Part shown: in pieces, positions 26,914 through 37,333 of the stretch
Numbering within the stretch: position 1 is the stretch's first letter
How the letters are laid out: each line of letters starts with the position of its first letter
From: a bacterium
GTDB taxonomy: Bacteria > UBA8248
DNA length: 64,000 bases
NCBI GenBank assembly: GCA_963692865.2
Contig: OY843592.1
Coordinates: 3,488,001-3,552,000, forward strand
Direction: 5' to 3'
Translations under genes and position numbers: made by a program
The notes under the pieces: model-generated
The model's database searches: none
What the model was told of the DNA's origin: nothing
The model's input: only the letters and a program-made list of their open reading frames with translations

Positions 26914-27707
26914 CCTCGTATCCAGATGACCGACAACAGTCTCCCCGTGGGCGTCCCGTCGCGGCGGTAGGAGAAAAATCTCGATGACTCGGAGAACGTG
27001 CAAGGCCCCGGCGCGCCTATGCGGCTCTCGGGAATCCCCGCCGAAGCCAACTGAAACCTCGCGGCCAGGGGAAGATTCAGCAGCCACTTGCCCCTTCCCG
27101 AGGGCGCGGCGAAATCTCTCCAGTTCGAGTGCCGTTCGCGAAAAGGCGGCAGGCACTCCTCGCCCACCTCGTAGCGCTCCCCGGAAATGGCGGGGCCCAG
27201 GGCGGCCCGCATGTCCCGGGGGTCGCAGCCGTACTCCTCCCGCATCCGCTCTATCGTCGCGGGCAAAACGCCGCAGGCCACGCCCTTGCGTCCCGCGTGA
27301 ACGGCGGCGACGGCCTCCTTGCGGGCGTCGGCGATGAGCACGGGAATGCAATCCGCCGTCTGAACCGCCACGCCCAGGCCCTTGGCGTTTGTAATCAGAG
27401 CGTCGCCGCACGCCCTCTCACCGGGGGAGATACGCTCGGCGGGGAGAACGCCGCACCCGTGCACCTGTTTTGCTTCCACCAGGCGGCCCGACGGAAAATC
27501 GGCGGCTTCAAAAAAACGCCTTCTGTTTTCCGCCACGTTTTCGGGAGCCTCGCCCCCGGCGCGTCCGAGGTTCAGGGAACCGAATCGGCCCTCGCTCACA
27601 CCGCCCCTGCGGGTGCTGAACCCGTGACGCAAGAAACCGAGTTCTTCCAGCAGGGATGACCCGAGAAACTCAACGCCGCCGGATTCGCGGCGCTCCAAAG
27701 AATTCAT
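26910..27707 (-). CDS. pgeF: Peptidoglycan editing factor / purine nucleoside phosphorylase (YfiH)
   Basis: FSTRRGGVS, QVHG, TADCIPV, VHAG, GPAI, FFSYRR. Confidence 0.93.
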   Translation of the reverse strand: MNSLERRESGGVEFLGSSLLEELGFLRHGFSTRRGGVSEGRFGSLNLGRAGGEAPENVAENRRRFFEAADFPSGRLVEAKQVHGCGVLPAERISPGERACGDALITNAKGLGVAVQTADCIPVLIADARKEAVAAVHAGRKGVACGVLPATIERMREEYGCDPRDMRAALGPAISGERYEVGEECLPPFRERHSNWRDFAAPSGRGKWLLNLPLAARFQLASAGIPESRIGAPGPCTFSESSRFFSYRRDGTPTGRLLSVIWIRG

Positions 27708-27772
27708 CCGCAATCCATCCCGGACGACGAGAAATCATCGAACACCTCTGAACAAACCCCTTGCCAGGCTTC

Positions 27773-27801
27773 ATTATAATGAGAGGTTCGCGCCGCCACA
27801 A
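27773..27801 (-). promoter_or_regulatory. Candidate sigma70 promoter for pgeF-yggS
   Basis: TTGTGG-17 nt-TATAAT on the minus strand. Confidence 0.6.
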
Positions 27802-27923
27802 GAAACAGGCCCATGCCGTCGAGAGAGGCGGGGCTGGGGGAGAATGCTCTCCCCCAGGCGCGTCTATGGGGAATGCGTCGTCAGGCGCGAGAGAGGCCCC
27901 CTCGTCCAAACGACGTTGGGGGG

Positions 27924-29072
27924 TTAGTCAACCTGCTTACGCAGGAAGGTAGGCACGTCCAGATCGTCGTCCTCCAGGTTGTCCGCGACGCCGGATTGCG
28001 TCTTGTTGCTTTTCAGGCGGATATAAGCCGGAACCGAGATTTTCCCGCCCTCGGTGCCCGTGGCTTCCGATTCCAGGGGGGGGACCTCGCGGACCGACTC
28101 CCGCCCGAAGCCCGTCGCGATGACGGTCACGCGAATCTGGTCGTCCATGTTCGCGTCGATCACCGAGCCGAAAATGATGTTGGCGTCCTGGTGCGCTTTT
28201 TCATGAACGAGTTTGCAGGCTTCGTTCACCTCGAACAGCGAAAGGTCCCTTCCGCCGGTGATGTTGATGAGTACGCCTCGGGAACCCTCGATGGTCCCCT
28301 CTTCGAGCAGCGGACTGTTGATGGCGTTCTGCGCGGCGATGACGGCGCGGTTCTCACCCTGGCCCATGCCGCTGCCCATGAGCGCCTTGCCGCCCATGTC
28401 GCGCATGATGGCGCGCACGTCGGCGAAATCGAGATTGATCAGACCGGGTGTGGTGATGAGGTCGGCGATTCCCTTGCACGCCTGCAACAAGACGTTGTTC
28501 GCCTTCTGGAAAGCCTCCATCATCGGCGTGGAGCGCTCGACCATTCCCAGGAGGCGCTGGTTGGGGATGGTGATGAGCGTGTTCACGGCGTCGCGCAACT
28601 CCTCGATCCCCTCGTCGGCCTGGCTCATCCGGCGCGGACCCTCGAAATCGAACGGCTTGGTGACGACGCCCACCGTCAGCACGCCCGCCTCCTTCGCGAT
28701 GCGCGCGATGACGGGAGCGGCGCCCGTGCCCGTGCCGCCGCCCATCCCGGCGGTGACGAACACCATCTCCAGGTTCTGCATGAACTCGGAGAGACGCTCG
28801 GTGTCCTCCAGGGCGGCTTTCCTGCCGACATCGGGATTTCCGCCGGCCCCCAGCCCGTGCGTCAACTCCTGGCCGAGCTGGATTTTTTCGGACGCGAGAG
28901 AGCGATCCAGAACCTGGGCGTCCGTGTTGGCGGCCACGAACTGAACACCCTCCATGCCCGCTGAAATCATGGTGTTGACGGCGTTGCCTCCGCCACCTCC
29001 TACGCCGACGACCGCGATTCTCGCGCTGCACGGCGTTTCCTGCTCCAATGTGAAAAACGTCGAATCACTCAT
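27924..29072 (-). CDS. ftsZ: Cell division protein FtsZ
   Basis: [28 protein letters not shown]-terminal [10 protein letters not shown]. Confidence 0.99.
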   Translation of the reverse strand: MSDSTFFTLEQETPCSARIAVVGVGGGGGNAVNTMISAGMEGVQFVAANTDAQVLDRSLASEKIQLGQELTHGLGAGGNPDVGRKAALEDTERLSEFMQNLEMVFVTAGMGGGTGTGAAPVIARIAKEAGVLTVGVVTKPFDFEGPRRMSQADEGIEELRDAVNTLITIPNQRLLGMVERSTPMMEAFQKANNVLLQACKGIADLITTPGLINLDFADVRAIMRDMGGKALMGSGMGQGENRAVIAAQNAINSPLLEEGTIEGSRGVLINITGGRDLSLFEVNEACKLVHEKAHQDANIIFGSVIDANMDDQIRVTVIATGFGRESVREVPPLESEATGTEGGKISVPAYIRLKSNKTQSGVADNLEDDDLDVPTFLRKQVD

Positions 29073-29120
29073 TCTCCCCCCCCTTCGATCCTGGGAAGCT
29101 CCTCCCGCCTCCCCTCCCGA

Positions 29121-30362
29121 TCATTTGAATACGCTAGCCAAAACATGGCGGATTTTTTCCGTTGTTTGCCGAATGGGGCCATGCGCCGCCCCGTTCGCAA
29201 TGCCGCGACGCCTCGGGGCGCCCATTTTCATGGCGTAAATCACCAGGCCCACGGCGGTGGAGTAGATGGGTCCGTTGACCATATCCACCAGCCCGCCGAT
29301 GCCGCCGGGAACGCCCAGCCTCACCGGAAGCTGGAGCACGTTCTCGGCCAGTTCATCGGCGCCTTCGATGATGCTCGCCCCGCCCGTGAGCACGACGCCG
29401 GCGGGCAGGAGATCCTCCATGCCGCTTTTCTGGATCTCGCGGCGGATGAGCGTCAATATCTCCTCCATGCGGGGCTCGATGATCTCGGCGAGCATCTGCC
29501 GGCTCAACACGCGCGGCGGGCGGCCGCCCACGCTGGGCACCTCGATCTCCTCGTCGTGCGACACCCGGGCGGCGAGGGCGCAGCCGTGCTCCTGCTTGAT
29601 TCGCTCCGCCTGGTAGTCCGGCGTCCGCAACCCTATCGCCATATCCCGCGTGATGTGGCTTCCGCCTACGGGGATGACGGCCGAATAGCGCAGCGCGCCT
29701 CCGCTGATGACGGCGACGTCCGCCGTGCCGCTGCCGATGTCGACAATAGCCACGCCCAGGTCGCGCTCGTCATCGCTCAGCGCGGCCAGCGAGGAGGCGA
29801 AAGGCTGAAGCACCAGGCGCTCGACGTTCAAGCCCGCCCTCTCGACGCTGCGGGTGATGTTCTGGATCGCGGGAATCGCGCCCGTTACGACGTGGACCTT
29901 GCACTCCAGGCGAACGCCCGCCATGCCCGCGGGTTCGGTGACGCCCTCCTGATCGTCGACGATGTATTCCTGCGGCAGCACGTGGATGATTTCGTGATCC
30001 GTCGGCATCGTGACCGCGCGCGCCTGCTCGACGACGCGATCGATATCCTCTTGCGTCACGATTTTGTTCTTGATGGCCACGATCCCGTTGGTGTTGAAGC
30101 TGCGGATGTGTCCCCCCGCCACGCCGACGTATGCGGACCGGATGGGCGAGCCGCTGATGAACTCCGCCTCTCCCACCGCCGTTTGAACCGACTCCACCGT
30201 CTGGTCGATGTTCACCACCGAGCCCCGGTTGAGACCTTTCGAGGCGGTTTTTCCCAAACCCACGATCTCCAGGGAGCCGTCTTCGTTCACCTCGGCCACG
30301 ACCACGCAGATTTTCGAGGTGCCGATGTCCAGACCCACCAGCACGTCGCCCTGTTTGTTCAT
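29121..30362 (-). CDS. ftsA: Cell division protein FtsA
   Basis: GLDIGTSKI, VDIGSGT, AERIK, VLTGG. Confidence 0.97.
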   Translation of the reverse strand: MNKQGDVLVGLDIGTSKICVVVAEVNEDGSLEIVGLGKTASKGLNRGSVVNIDQTVESVQTAVGEAEFISGSPIRSAYVGVAGGHIRSFNTNGIVAIKNKIVTQEDIDRVVEQARAVTMPTDHEIIHVLPQEYIVDDQEGVTEPAGMAGVRLECKVHVVTGAIPAIQNITRSVERAGLNVERLVLQPFASSLAALSDDERDLGVAIVDIGSGTADVAVISGGALRYSAVIPVGGSHITRDMAIGLRTPDYQAERIKQEHGCALAARVSHDEEIEVPSVGGRPPRVLSRQMLAEIIEPRMEEILTLIRREIQKSGMEDLLPAGVVLTGGASIIEGADELAENVLQLPVRLGVPGGIGGLVDMVNGPIYSTAVGLVIYAMKMGAPRRRGIANGAAHGPIRQTTEKIRHVLASVFK

Positions 30363-31273
30363 CCTGTTGTCCCTCCATCCTTTGTGTGCGGCCGAACGAT
30401 AACCCTTCCGGGAAATCTCAGATCAAACCGGAGGCCGCCCGCTCCGAATTTCTTCTGGCGGAGAACGTCACCCGCAACGGCCCGGAGCCGACCGGCCTGA
30501 CTCTCCATCCTCTCTTCACTGACCACCAGTTCCATCTTTCCCTCCAGGACGCGAAGCCGGAGTTGACCCGCTCCGGTGTCCCGGACGGAAATGCACCCGC
30601 CGCGAATCCCCGGGGAATCCCGGAATAAAAAGGCCGCCTCCATGGAGCGCGCCAGGCGCGGGTCGCGCACTACGTCGCCCGGCCGCCGGCGGCGCGAGTC
30701 GAATCCCTCGATCACGGGCAGACATCCCGCAAGCGGCGCGACGGGTTTGCCGAGCACGACGCCGTCCTCATCCACCGCGAGAGACCCATCGCTCATGATG
30801 AGCGCGGCGGGTCTGCGCTCGAGAATATCGACCTCGAGAAAATGGGGCGGGCGCGTACGGACGCTCGCGCGTTTTACCCACGGATGAGAAGCCACCCGGG
30901 CGCGCACGGCCGCCAGATCGGCGTCGAACAGGTTCGTCCCAGGCTCGACCCCCACGAGTTTTCTGATGGTCTCGGCCCGAAGCGTTCGCTGTCCGGTCAC
31001 CACCACCTCGCTCAACTCGAAATGGCGGCTGCTCTTCGCCCATCGGACCGCGTGCCCGCCGAGGAGAAGCACCTCCACGAAAACCAGAAAACCGATTGCG
31101 GGCCATATCCAGTTTCCGCCACGTTTCTCCTGGTCTTCACGCCTGACTCTTTTGGGGGCGTCTCGCTTGACGCTCTTTTTGACGGTCCGGGGGAGTTCGG
31201 CCGTCCGGGCGAGATTCAGGAAAACCTCCCGGCTCCCGGCTTTCCCCCTCCACTTGAACGATAAACGCCTCAC
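30359..31273 (-). CDS. ftsQ: Cell division protein FtsQ/DivIB
   Basis: GTG overlapping the murB stop; single TM, POTRA (PWVK.ASV...P), ERRP.A, C-terminal DLRF. Confidence 0.82.
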   Translation of the reverse strand: MRRLSFKWRGKAGSREVFLNLARTAELPRTVKKSVKRDAPKRVRREDQEKRGGNWIWPAIGFLVFVEVLLLGGHAVRWAKSSRHFELSEVVVTGQRTLRAETIRKLVGVEPGTNLFDADLAAVRARVASHPWVKRASVRTRPPHFLEVDILERRPAALIMSDGSLAVDEDGVVLGKPVAPLAGCLPVIEGFDSRRRRPGDVVRDPRLARSMEAAFLFRDSPGIRGGCISVRDTGAGQLRLRVLEGKMELVVSEERMESQAGRLRAVAGDVLRQKKFGAGGLRFDLRFPGRVIVRPHTKDGGTTG

Positions 31274-32223
31274 GCCGGGTCCTCCCCGATGACGTTCAAC
31301 TCCAGCGCCAACTCGATGCCTCGCTGTTCCAGAATCGTTCTTTTCACCTCGCCGATGAGCGCCAGAACGTCCCCCGCCGTAGCCCCGCCGAGATTCACCA
31401 TGAAATTCCCGTGCGCCTCGCTCACCTGCGCGCCGCCGACGCGCATCCCCTTGAGGCCCGCCGACTCGATGAGCACGCCCGCGCGCTCGCCGGGCGGGTT
31501 CTTGAATATCGACCCGGCGCAGGGCGCCCCCCAGGGTTGACGCTCCCGCCTTTGAACGGCGCTTCGCCTCAGTTGCTCCCGCAGAGCGCCGGCGTCCGCC
31601 GGCCGGAGCGAGAAGCGAACGGACAACACCACGCCCGGCGCGGGCAACTCGGCGCGCCGGTACGAAAAACGCAAGTCCTCCGCGGGAAGCCGCTCGGGAG
31701 CGCCCCCGTCCAGAGGGACCCAGCGGACGCTCTCCACGGCGTCTTCGATATAGGATTCGGCGGTGCCCGCGTTCATGGCCAGCGCGCCTCCCACGGTGCC
31801 GGGAACTCCCGCCAGACATTCGGCTCCCGCCCAGCCGCGCTCGGCGGCGAAGCGCACCAGCGCCGGAATCTTCTCCCCCGCGCGCGCTTCGAGCAGCACG
31901 CGCTCCGCGCTCTCCTCGATCACCTCGATTCCCCTGAAGGCCTTGGGAAAAGCGACCACCACTCCACGAACGCCTCCGTCGCGCACCAGGGTGTTGGCGC
32001 CCCCGCCCAGAACCGTGACCGGCAACGCCTCGATCCGGCATCTCTCGAGCAACGCCACCAGTTCGTCTTCCCTCTCGGGCAGTGCGAGGGCGTCCGCCGG
32101 GCCGCCCACCTGAAACGTGGTGTACGCGGCCAGCGCCTCATCGAAAAGAATCTCGCAATCGAGGCCTTTCAGCCTTTCCGCCATCTCCAGCGCCATGACT
32201 TCCTCCGCCGACCCGATGCTCAT
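31270..32223 (-). CDS. murB: UDP-N-acetylmuramate dehydrogenase
   Basis: TTFQVGGPA, GVPGTVGGA..MNAG, FSYR, AGSIFKNP, HGNFMVN. Confidence 0.95.
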   Translation of the reverse strand: MSIGSAEEVMALEMAERLKGLDCEILFDEALAAYTTFQVGGPADALALPEREDELVALLERCRIEALPVTVLGGGANTLVRDGGVRGVVVAFPKAFRGIEVIEESAERVLLEARAGEKIPALVRFAAERGWAGAECLAGVPGTVGGALAMNAGTAESYIEDAVESVRWVPLDGGAPERLPAEDLRFSYRRAELPAPGVVLSVRFSLRPADAGALREQLRRSAVQRRERQPWGAPCAGSIFKNPPGERAGVLIESAGLKGMRVGGAQVSEAHGNFMVNLGGATAGDVLALIGEVKRTILEQRGIELALELNVIGEDPA

Positions 32224-33620
32224 ACCGCTTCCTCGGACTCTTCGTGTCCGCTCTCCAGTTTTTCGAGCAATTCCCGGCCCGCTTTCCAGACGTCGCCCGC
32301 GCCCAGCGTGAGAACGACGTCGCCGCTCCCCGCCTCCTCGAACAGACGATTCGAGGCGTCCTCCAGGCCGTCCACCACATCGCAGTTCCTGTGGCCGTGC
32401 GCCCTGATCCCCTCGGCGAGTTTTTCCGAACCGACCCCTTCGATGGGCGCCTCGCCGGCTGCGTATATGGGCGCGACGAGCACCCTGTCGGCATCGTAGA
32501 AAGCGGTGTGAAAGGCCTCTGCCAGATGATGCGTCCTCGTGTAGCGGTGCGGCTGAAACAACACCACCAGGCGGTTTTCCGGCCATGCCTCCCGAACGGC
32601 GCGGAGCGTGACCTTGATCTCCTGGGGATGGTGCCCGTAGTCGTCGAAAATCGTTACGCCCGACGCCTCGCCGACCCGCTCCAGGCGGCGGCCGATGCCG
32701 TCGAATTCGTGGAGTCCCCTTTGGATGTCCGCGAACGAGACGTCGAGTTCCATCGAAACGGCGGCGGCGGCCAGGGCGTTGTCCGCGTTGTGGCGGCCGG
32801 GCATGAGGAGGCGAATCTCGCCGAGGCGCTCTCCGCCCCGTTTGACGCCGAAGACCGTCTCGCCGTTTTCGTAGCGGAACTCTTCGCCCACGTAATCCGC
32901 CTGGGTGCCGAACCCGTAGGTGAAAAACTGCTTTTCCACGTCGGGTATGATCTCCTGAACCGCGGGATGATCCAGGCACAAGACGGAAAATCCGTAGAAG
33001 GGCACCTTGTTCACGAACTCCAGGAACGCGGTCTTGATGGCGTCGTAATTCTCGTAGAAATCGAGATGCTCCTCGTCGATGTTCGTCACAACCGCTATCG
33101 TGGGAGTGAGCCTCAAAAACGTGCCGTCACTCTCATCGGCCTCCGCCACCAGATATTCGCCCTCGCCCATTCGCGCGTTGGAACCCAGGGCGTTGATGCG
33201 TCCGCCCACGACGACCGTGGGGTCGAGGCCGCCGGCCGCCAGGGCCGCCGCGATGAACGAGGTGGTGGTCGTCTTGCCGTGTGTCCCCGCGACGCCGATG
33301 CTGTATTTCATGCGCATGAGTTCGGCCAGCATTTCCGCGCGCGGGATGACGGGGATTTTCCGCCGCCTCGCCTCGGCGACTTCCACGTTGTCGCCCGTGA
33401 CCGCCGAGCTGTAGACCAGAACGTCGGCCCCCGCCACGTTTTCCTTCCTGTGGCCCAGCGCCACCCTGGCGCCCAGACCGCGCAGCCTGAATATCGCCTC
33501 GTTGCTCGCGATGTCCGAACCGCTGATCTCATAGCCCAGGTTGAGCAAGACCTCGGCGATGCCGCACATGCCCGTCCCGCCGATGCCCACGAAATGAACG
33601 CGGCTCGAGTGCCGGAACAT
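32220..33620 (-). CDS. murC: UDP-N-acetylmuramate--L-alanine ligase
   Basis: HFVGIGGTGM, GTHGKTTT, EADESD, DDYGHHP, FQPHRYTRT. Confidence 0.97.
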   Translation of the reverse strand: MFRHSSRVHFVGIGGTGMCGIAEVLLNLGYEISGSDIASNEAIFRLRGLGARVALGHRKENVAGADVLVYSSAVTGDNVEVAEARRRKIPVIPRAEMLAELMRMKYSIGVAGTHGKTTTTSFIAAALAAGGLDPTVVVGGRINALGSNARMGEGEYLVAEADESDGTFLRLTPTIAVVTNIDEEHLDFYENYDAIKTAFLEFVNKVPFYGFSVLCLDHPAVQEIIPDVEKQFFTYGFGTQADYVGEEFRYENGETVFGVKRGGERLGEIRLLMPGRHNADNALAAAAVSMELDVSFADIQRGLHEFDGIGRRLERVGEASGVTIFDDYGHHPQEIKVTLRAVREAWPENRLVVLFQPHRYTRTHHLAEAFHTAFYDADRVLVAPIYAAGEAPIEGVGSEKLAEGIRAHGHRNCDVVDGLEDASNRLFEEAGSGDVVLTLGAGDVWKAGRELLEKLESGHEESEEAV

Positions 33621-33669
33621 GGCGTGCGTGGCGTATGGTCGCGCTATCACTCCCGGTCTCCTCTCCTCA

Positions 33670-34755
33670 TCACGCCGCCATCGCCTGCTGACGGCACAAG
33701 GCGGCCACCGCTTCGGAGGCGTTCGCGCGGGCGAGGGATTTCGTCCGCTCCGACATGGATACGAGCTTCCCGCGCTCCGCCTCGTATTCGAGCCAGACGT
33801 CCGCCAGAACACGGCCGCTTAAGTCTTCCTGAAGGATCATCCGCGCCGCCCCGCGCTCCGCGAGATAGCGGGCGTTCGCCTCCTGGTGCCCGTGGGTGGC
33901 GCTCGGCAGCGGAATCAGCACGGCGGGGAGCGACATGGCGGACAATTCCGCCACGCTCACCGCGCCCGCTCGCGAGAAGCACACCTGCGCCCAGCGATAG
34001 CGATCCGCCATGTCGTGGAGATAAGGCGCCACGTCCGCATCCGCGCCGGCCCGCTCATAGGCCCCTCTTACGCGGGAGAAATCCGCCTCTCCCGTCTGAT
34101 GGACGAACCGCATTCTTCCAAGCGCCTCGCCCATGAGGGGCAGCGCCTCCATCACCGCCTCGTTGATGGCCCGCGCTCCCTGGCTCCCGCCGAATACGAG
34201 CACCCTCAAGGGCCCGTTCCAGGAATCCCCGCCGCGCTCGAAACTTTCTGAAAACTCACTCCTGAGCGGCAGGCCCGTCTCTACGATTTTCCCGCGGGCG
34301 AAATTCGAATCCCGGACGGGCAGGCCCACGGCTACCTTGGACGCAAATCGCGAGAGCAGACGGTTCGCCACGCCGGGAACGACGTTCTGCTCGATCAGGA
34401 CAATCGGCTTTCTCCAAAGCCCGGCCGCCGCGACCGGCGGAACGCTGGAATAGCCGCCCACCCCGAGAACGACGTGGGGGCGGAAGCGCCTCATGATCCC
34501 CATCGCCTGGCAGAATCCATAGCCCACCATGGCCATCGCCCTGGCCCTTTGACCCACCGAGCGTCCCAGAACGCCGGCGGCGGAAATCGCCTGAAACGGC
34601 AGGTTCTCGCGCGGCAGCACCCTGGCCTCGATCCCGCGGGCGGTGCCCACGAACAAGACCTCGTTCGCCTCCCCGTCCGCCAGCCAGGCTTTGGCCACGG
34701 CAATGCCCGGATACAGGTGCCCACCCGTGCCGCCGCCCGCAACGAGAAGTCTCAT
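33670..34755 (-). CDS. murG: Undecaprenyl-PP-MurNAc-pentapeptide GlcNAc transferase
   Basis: GGGTGGHLYP, GGY, EQN, GGSQGA, RAGA, HQEANA. Confidence 0.97.
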   Translation of the reverse strand: MRLLVAGGGTGGHLYPGIAVAKAWLADGEANEVLFVGTARGIEARVLPRENLPFQAISAAGVLGRSVGQRARAMAMVGYGFCQAMGIMRRFRPHVVLGVGGYSSVPPVAAAGLWRKPIVLIEQNVVPGVANRLLSRFASKVAVGLPVRDSNFARGKIVETGLPLRSEFSESFERGGDSWNGPLRVLVFGGSQGARAINEAVMEALPLMGEALGRMRFVHQTGEADFSRVRGAYERAGADADVAPYLHDMADRYRWAQVCFSRAGAVSVAELSAMSLPAVLIPLPSATHGHQEANARYLAERGAARMILQEDLSGRVLADVWLEYEAERGKLVSMSERTKSLARANASEAVAALCRQQAMAA

Positions 34756-35939
34756 GAGTGCGCCCTCCCGCGGAAGAGCGGCTTGCGCGCGCGCGAAATC
34801 CACCCGACCGCCGCGTCGAGCGGACTCCCCCGCCCGGATTGCCTGGGAGCGTGATGCGACGATTCGATGGAAATCAGCACCCCCAGAGAGATGAGCGTGA
34901 ACACCAGAGACGACCCGCCCAGGCTGATCAGGGGCAGCGGTATGCCCGTGGTGGGCAGAAGGCCCGTCGCGACCGCCATGTTCAAAAACCCTTGCGCGGT
35001 GACCAGAAACGTCAAGCCCGCCGCCAACAGGGCGTTGAAGGAATCCTCGCAGCGGGCGGAGATCTGGAATCCGCGCCAGAGCAGGACCACGAACGCCGCC
35101 GCGACGCACAAGGCGCCGATGAGCCCCAACTCCTCGCCCACCACCGCGTAGATGAAATCCGTGTGGGGTTCGGGCAAATAGAAGAGTTTCTGCTTCCCCT
35201 CGCCCAGGCCGAGCCCCGCGAGGCCGCCCCGCGCGATGGCCAGCAGCGACTGAATGAGCTGATAGCCCGCGCCTTTCGCCACGGCGAAGGGATCCCAAAA
35301 GGCGAATATCCGCTTCATGCGCCAGGGCGCGAAAACCACCATGCCGAACAGGACGAACCCCGTCGCGAGCGCGCAGACGCCCAGGTGATGCAGCCGCGCG
35401 CCCGCCAGATACAAGAGGACGCCGACGACCGCGGCGGTCAGGGTGGCCGTACCCAAATCCGGCTGAATCAGCATGAGGGCCAGGATGATCCCCGCGAACC
35501 CGACCGGCGGCAGGAAACCGTACGTCCAATGACCCAGGCGCTCGCCCTTGAGCGCCAGAAAATGGGCGAGAAAAATCACCAGCACCACCTTGGCGGCTTC
35601 GGCCGGCTGGAAAGAAAAGGGGCCCAGCATCAGCCACCGGCGCGCGCCGCCCGCCTCTCTTCCGATGCCCGGCGCGAACACCATCAAAAGCGCGATGATC
35701 GCGACGATCATCAAGGGAAACGCGATCCTGCGGAGGCGGCGCGGGTCCGTTTGGGAGATGGCCAACATGCAGGCGAACCCGACAAAGGCCCATACGACGT
35801 GGCGCTTCACGAAGTAGAACGCATCGCCGTACCTGTCCAGGGCCAGGATATGGCTCGCGCTGAACACCATCACGACGCCGAAGGCCACCAGCCCCAGCGA
35901 GACGAAAAAGATGACGGGGTCGATGCGTTTGCGGATCAA
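34752..35939 (-). CDS. ftsW: SEDS peptidoglycan polymerase FtsW
   Basis: GARRW, FQPAE.AK, QPDLG, YLPEPHTDFI, PLISLGGSS. Confidence 0.96.
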   Translation of the reverse strand: MIRKRIDPVIFFVSLGLVAFGVVMVFSASHILALDRYGDAFYFVKRHVVWAFVGFACMLAISQTDPRRLRRIAFPLMIVAIIALLMVFAPGIGREAGGARRWLMLGPFSFQPAEAAKVVLVIFLAHFLALKGERLGHWTYGFLPPVGFAGIILALMLIQPDLGTATLTAAVVGVLLYLAGARLHHLGVCALATGFVLFGMVVFAPWRMKRIFAFWDPFAVAKGAGYQLIQSLLAIARGGLAGLGLGEGKQKLFYLPEPHTDFIYAVVGEELGLIGALCVAAAFVVLLWRGFQISARCEDSFNALLAAGLTFLVTAQGFLNMAVATGLLPTTGIPLPLISLGGSSLVFTLISLGVLISIESSHHAPRQSGRGSPLDAAVGWISRARKPLFRGRAHS

Positions 35940-37333
35940 CTCTCATCCCTCCCCATCAGTTCCTGCGCCATTCGTCGGAAGGCGTCGCCACGGTGGGCGT
36001 AATCGCGAAACTGATCGAAGCTCGAACAGGCGGGCGAGAGGAGAACCGTATCGCCCTCCCGCGCCTCCTCGCGCGAAATGCGCACGGCCTCATCCAGCGT
36101 TTTGGCGTAGACGACCGGCGCGCACCCATCGAAAAAACGCCCGAAGCGCTCCGCCGCCTCGCCGATGAGGATCATGCGCTTCACCTTCTTCTCCACCACG
36201 GCGCGCAAGGGCGCGAGATCGCCCCCCTTGTCCACGCCCCCGGCGATGAGGAGCACGTTCCCCGCCAGACTCTCCAGGCTCATCGCCGTGGCGCCCACGT
36301 TCGTTCCCTTCGAGTCGTTCACCCAGCGCACGCCCCCCGTCTCGCCGACGACCTCCATGCGGTGGGGCAGTCCCTCGAAGGCGCGCGCCACGCGCGCCAT
36401 CGCGCTCGCGTCCGCGCCCAGAAAATGCGCCGCCGCGCACGCGGCCAGAAAATTCTCCAGGTTGTGGAGGCCGGGAACCAGCAGTTCGTCCGCGCCGCAG
36501 ACGCGGGCGGAACCCGCCTCGTCGGCCAGGAACACGCCGCCGCTCTCGACGTAAACGCCCCGGCGCACACGCCCTTTCCGGCTGAACGCCAGGACGCTCT
36601 GGGAGCCTGGGGTCATGTAGCGCGCCGCCAGCGGGTCGTCGGCATTGAGGACTTTGGCGTCTCCCTCTCCCTGGTTGGCGAACAGCCTCGCCTTGAGGGC
36701 AGCGTATGCATCCATATCCGGATGCCGATCCAGATGGTCCGGCGTCACGTTCGTCATCACGCCGACTTTCGGCCTGATCGTGGGCGCCCATTCGAGTTGA
36801 AAGCTGCTCACCTCGCCGACGATGAAATCCGCATCATCCCCCTCGGCTTCGATCACCTCGACGAGCGCTCTTCCGATGTTTCCGCCCACAGGCGCGCGAA
36901 AACCGCTTTCTTCCAGAATCCGCCCCAGCATCGTGGTGACCGTCGTCTTCCCGTTCGTACCGGTGACGGCGGCGATGGGCGCGGAACAGAGCCGGCCGGC
37001 GAGTTCCACCTCGCCGATCACCTCGGCGCCCGACGCCCTCGCCAGGGCGACGTAGCGATTCGTCGCCGGAACCCCCGGACTCACCACGAGCAGGTCGCAC
37101 TTCTTGAAACTTGCCTCCCGGTGGCCGCCGAGTTCGAGCGCCACGCCCGGGGGCAAACGCTCGCCCAAGCCCGGAATCTCCTCCAGGTCCGTGGCCACCA
37201 CCCTCGCGCCCAGGCGCGCCAGGGCGCCCGCCGCGGCGACCCCGCTCCTCGCCATTCCCATGACGAGCGCGCGCCGCGCGGGCAGCGCTTCTATCCACGC
37301 CGTGGCCTTATTGTCCAAAACAAGATTCCTCAT
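35936..37333 (-). CDS. murD: UDP-MurNAc-L-Ala--D-glutamate ligase
   Basis: SPGV, GTNGKTT, GGNIG, EVSSFQL, DHLDRH, NDSKGTN, LSPACSSFDQF. Confidence 0.97.
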   Translation of the reverse strand: MRNLVLDNKATAWIEALPARRALVMGMARSGVAAAGALARLGARVVATDLEEIPGLGERLPPGVALELGGHREASFKKCDLLVVSPGVPATNRYVALARASGAEVIGEVELAGRLCSAPIAAVTGTNGKTTVTTMLGRILEESGFRAPVGGNIGRALVEVIEAEGDDADFIVGEVSSFQLEWAPTIRPKVGVMTNVTPDHLDRHPDMDAYAALKARLFANQGEGDAKVLNADDPLAARYMTPGSQSVLAFSRKGRVRRGVYVESGGVFLADEAGSARVCGADELLVPGLHNLENFLAACAAAHFLGADASAMARVARAFEGLPHRMEVVGETGGVRWVNDSKGTNVGATAMSLESLAGNVLLIAGGVDKGGDLAPLRAVVEKKVKRMILIGEAAERFGRFFDGCAPVVYAKTLDEAVRISREEAREGDTVLLSPACSSFDQFRDYAHRGDAFRRMAQELMGRDES

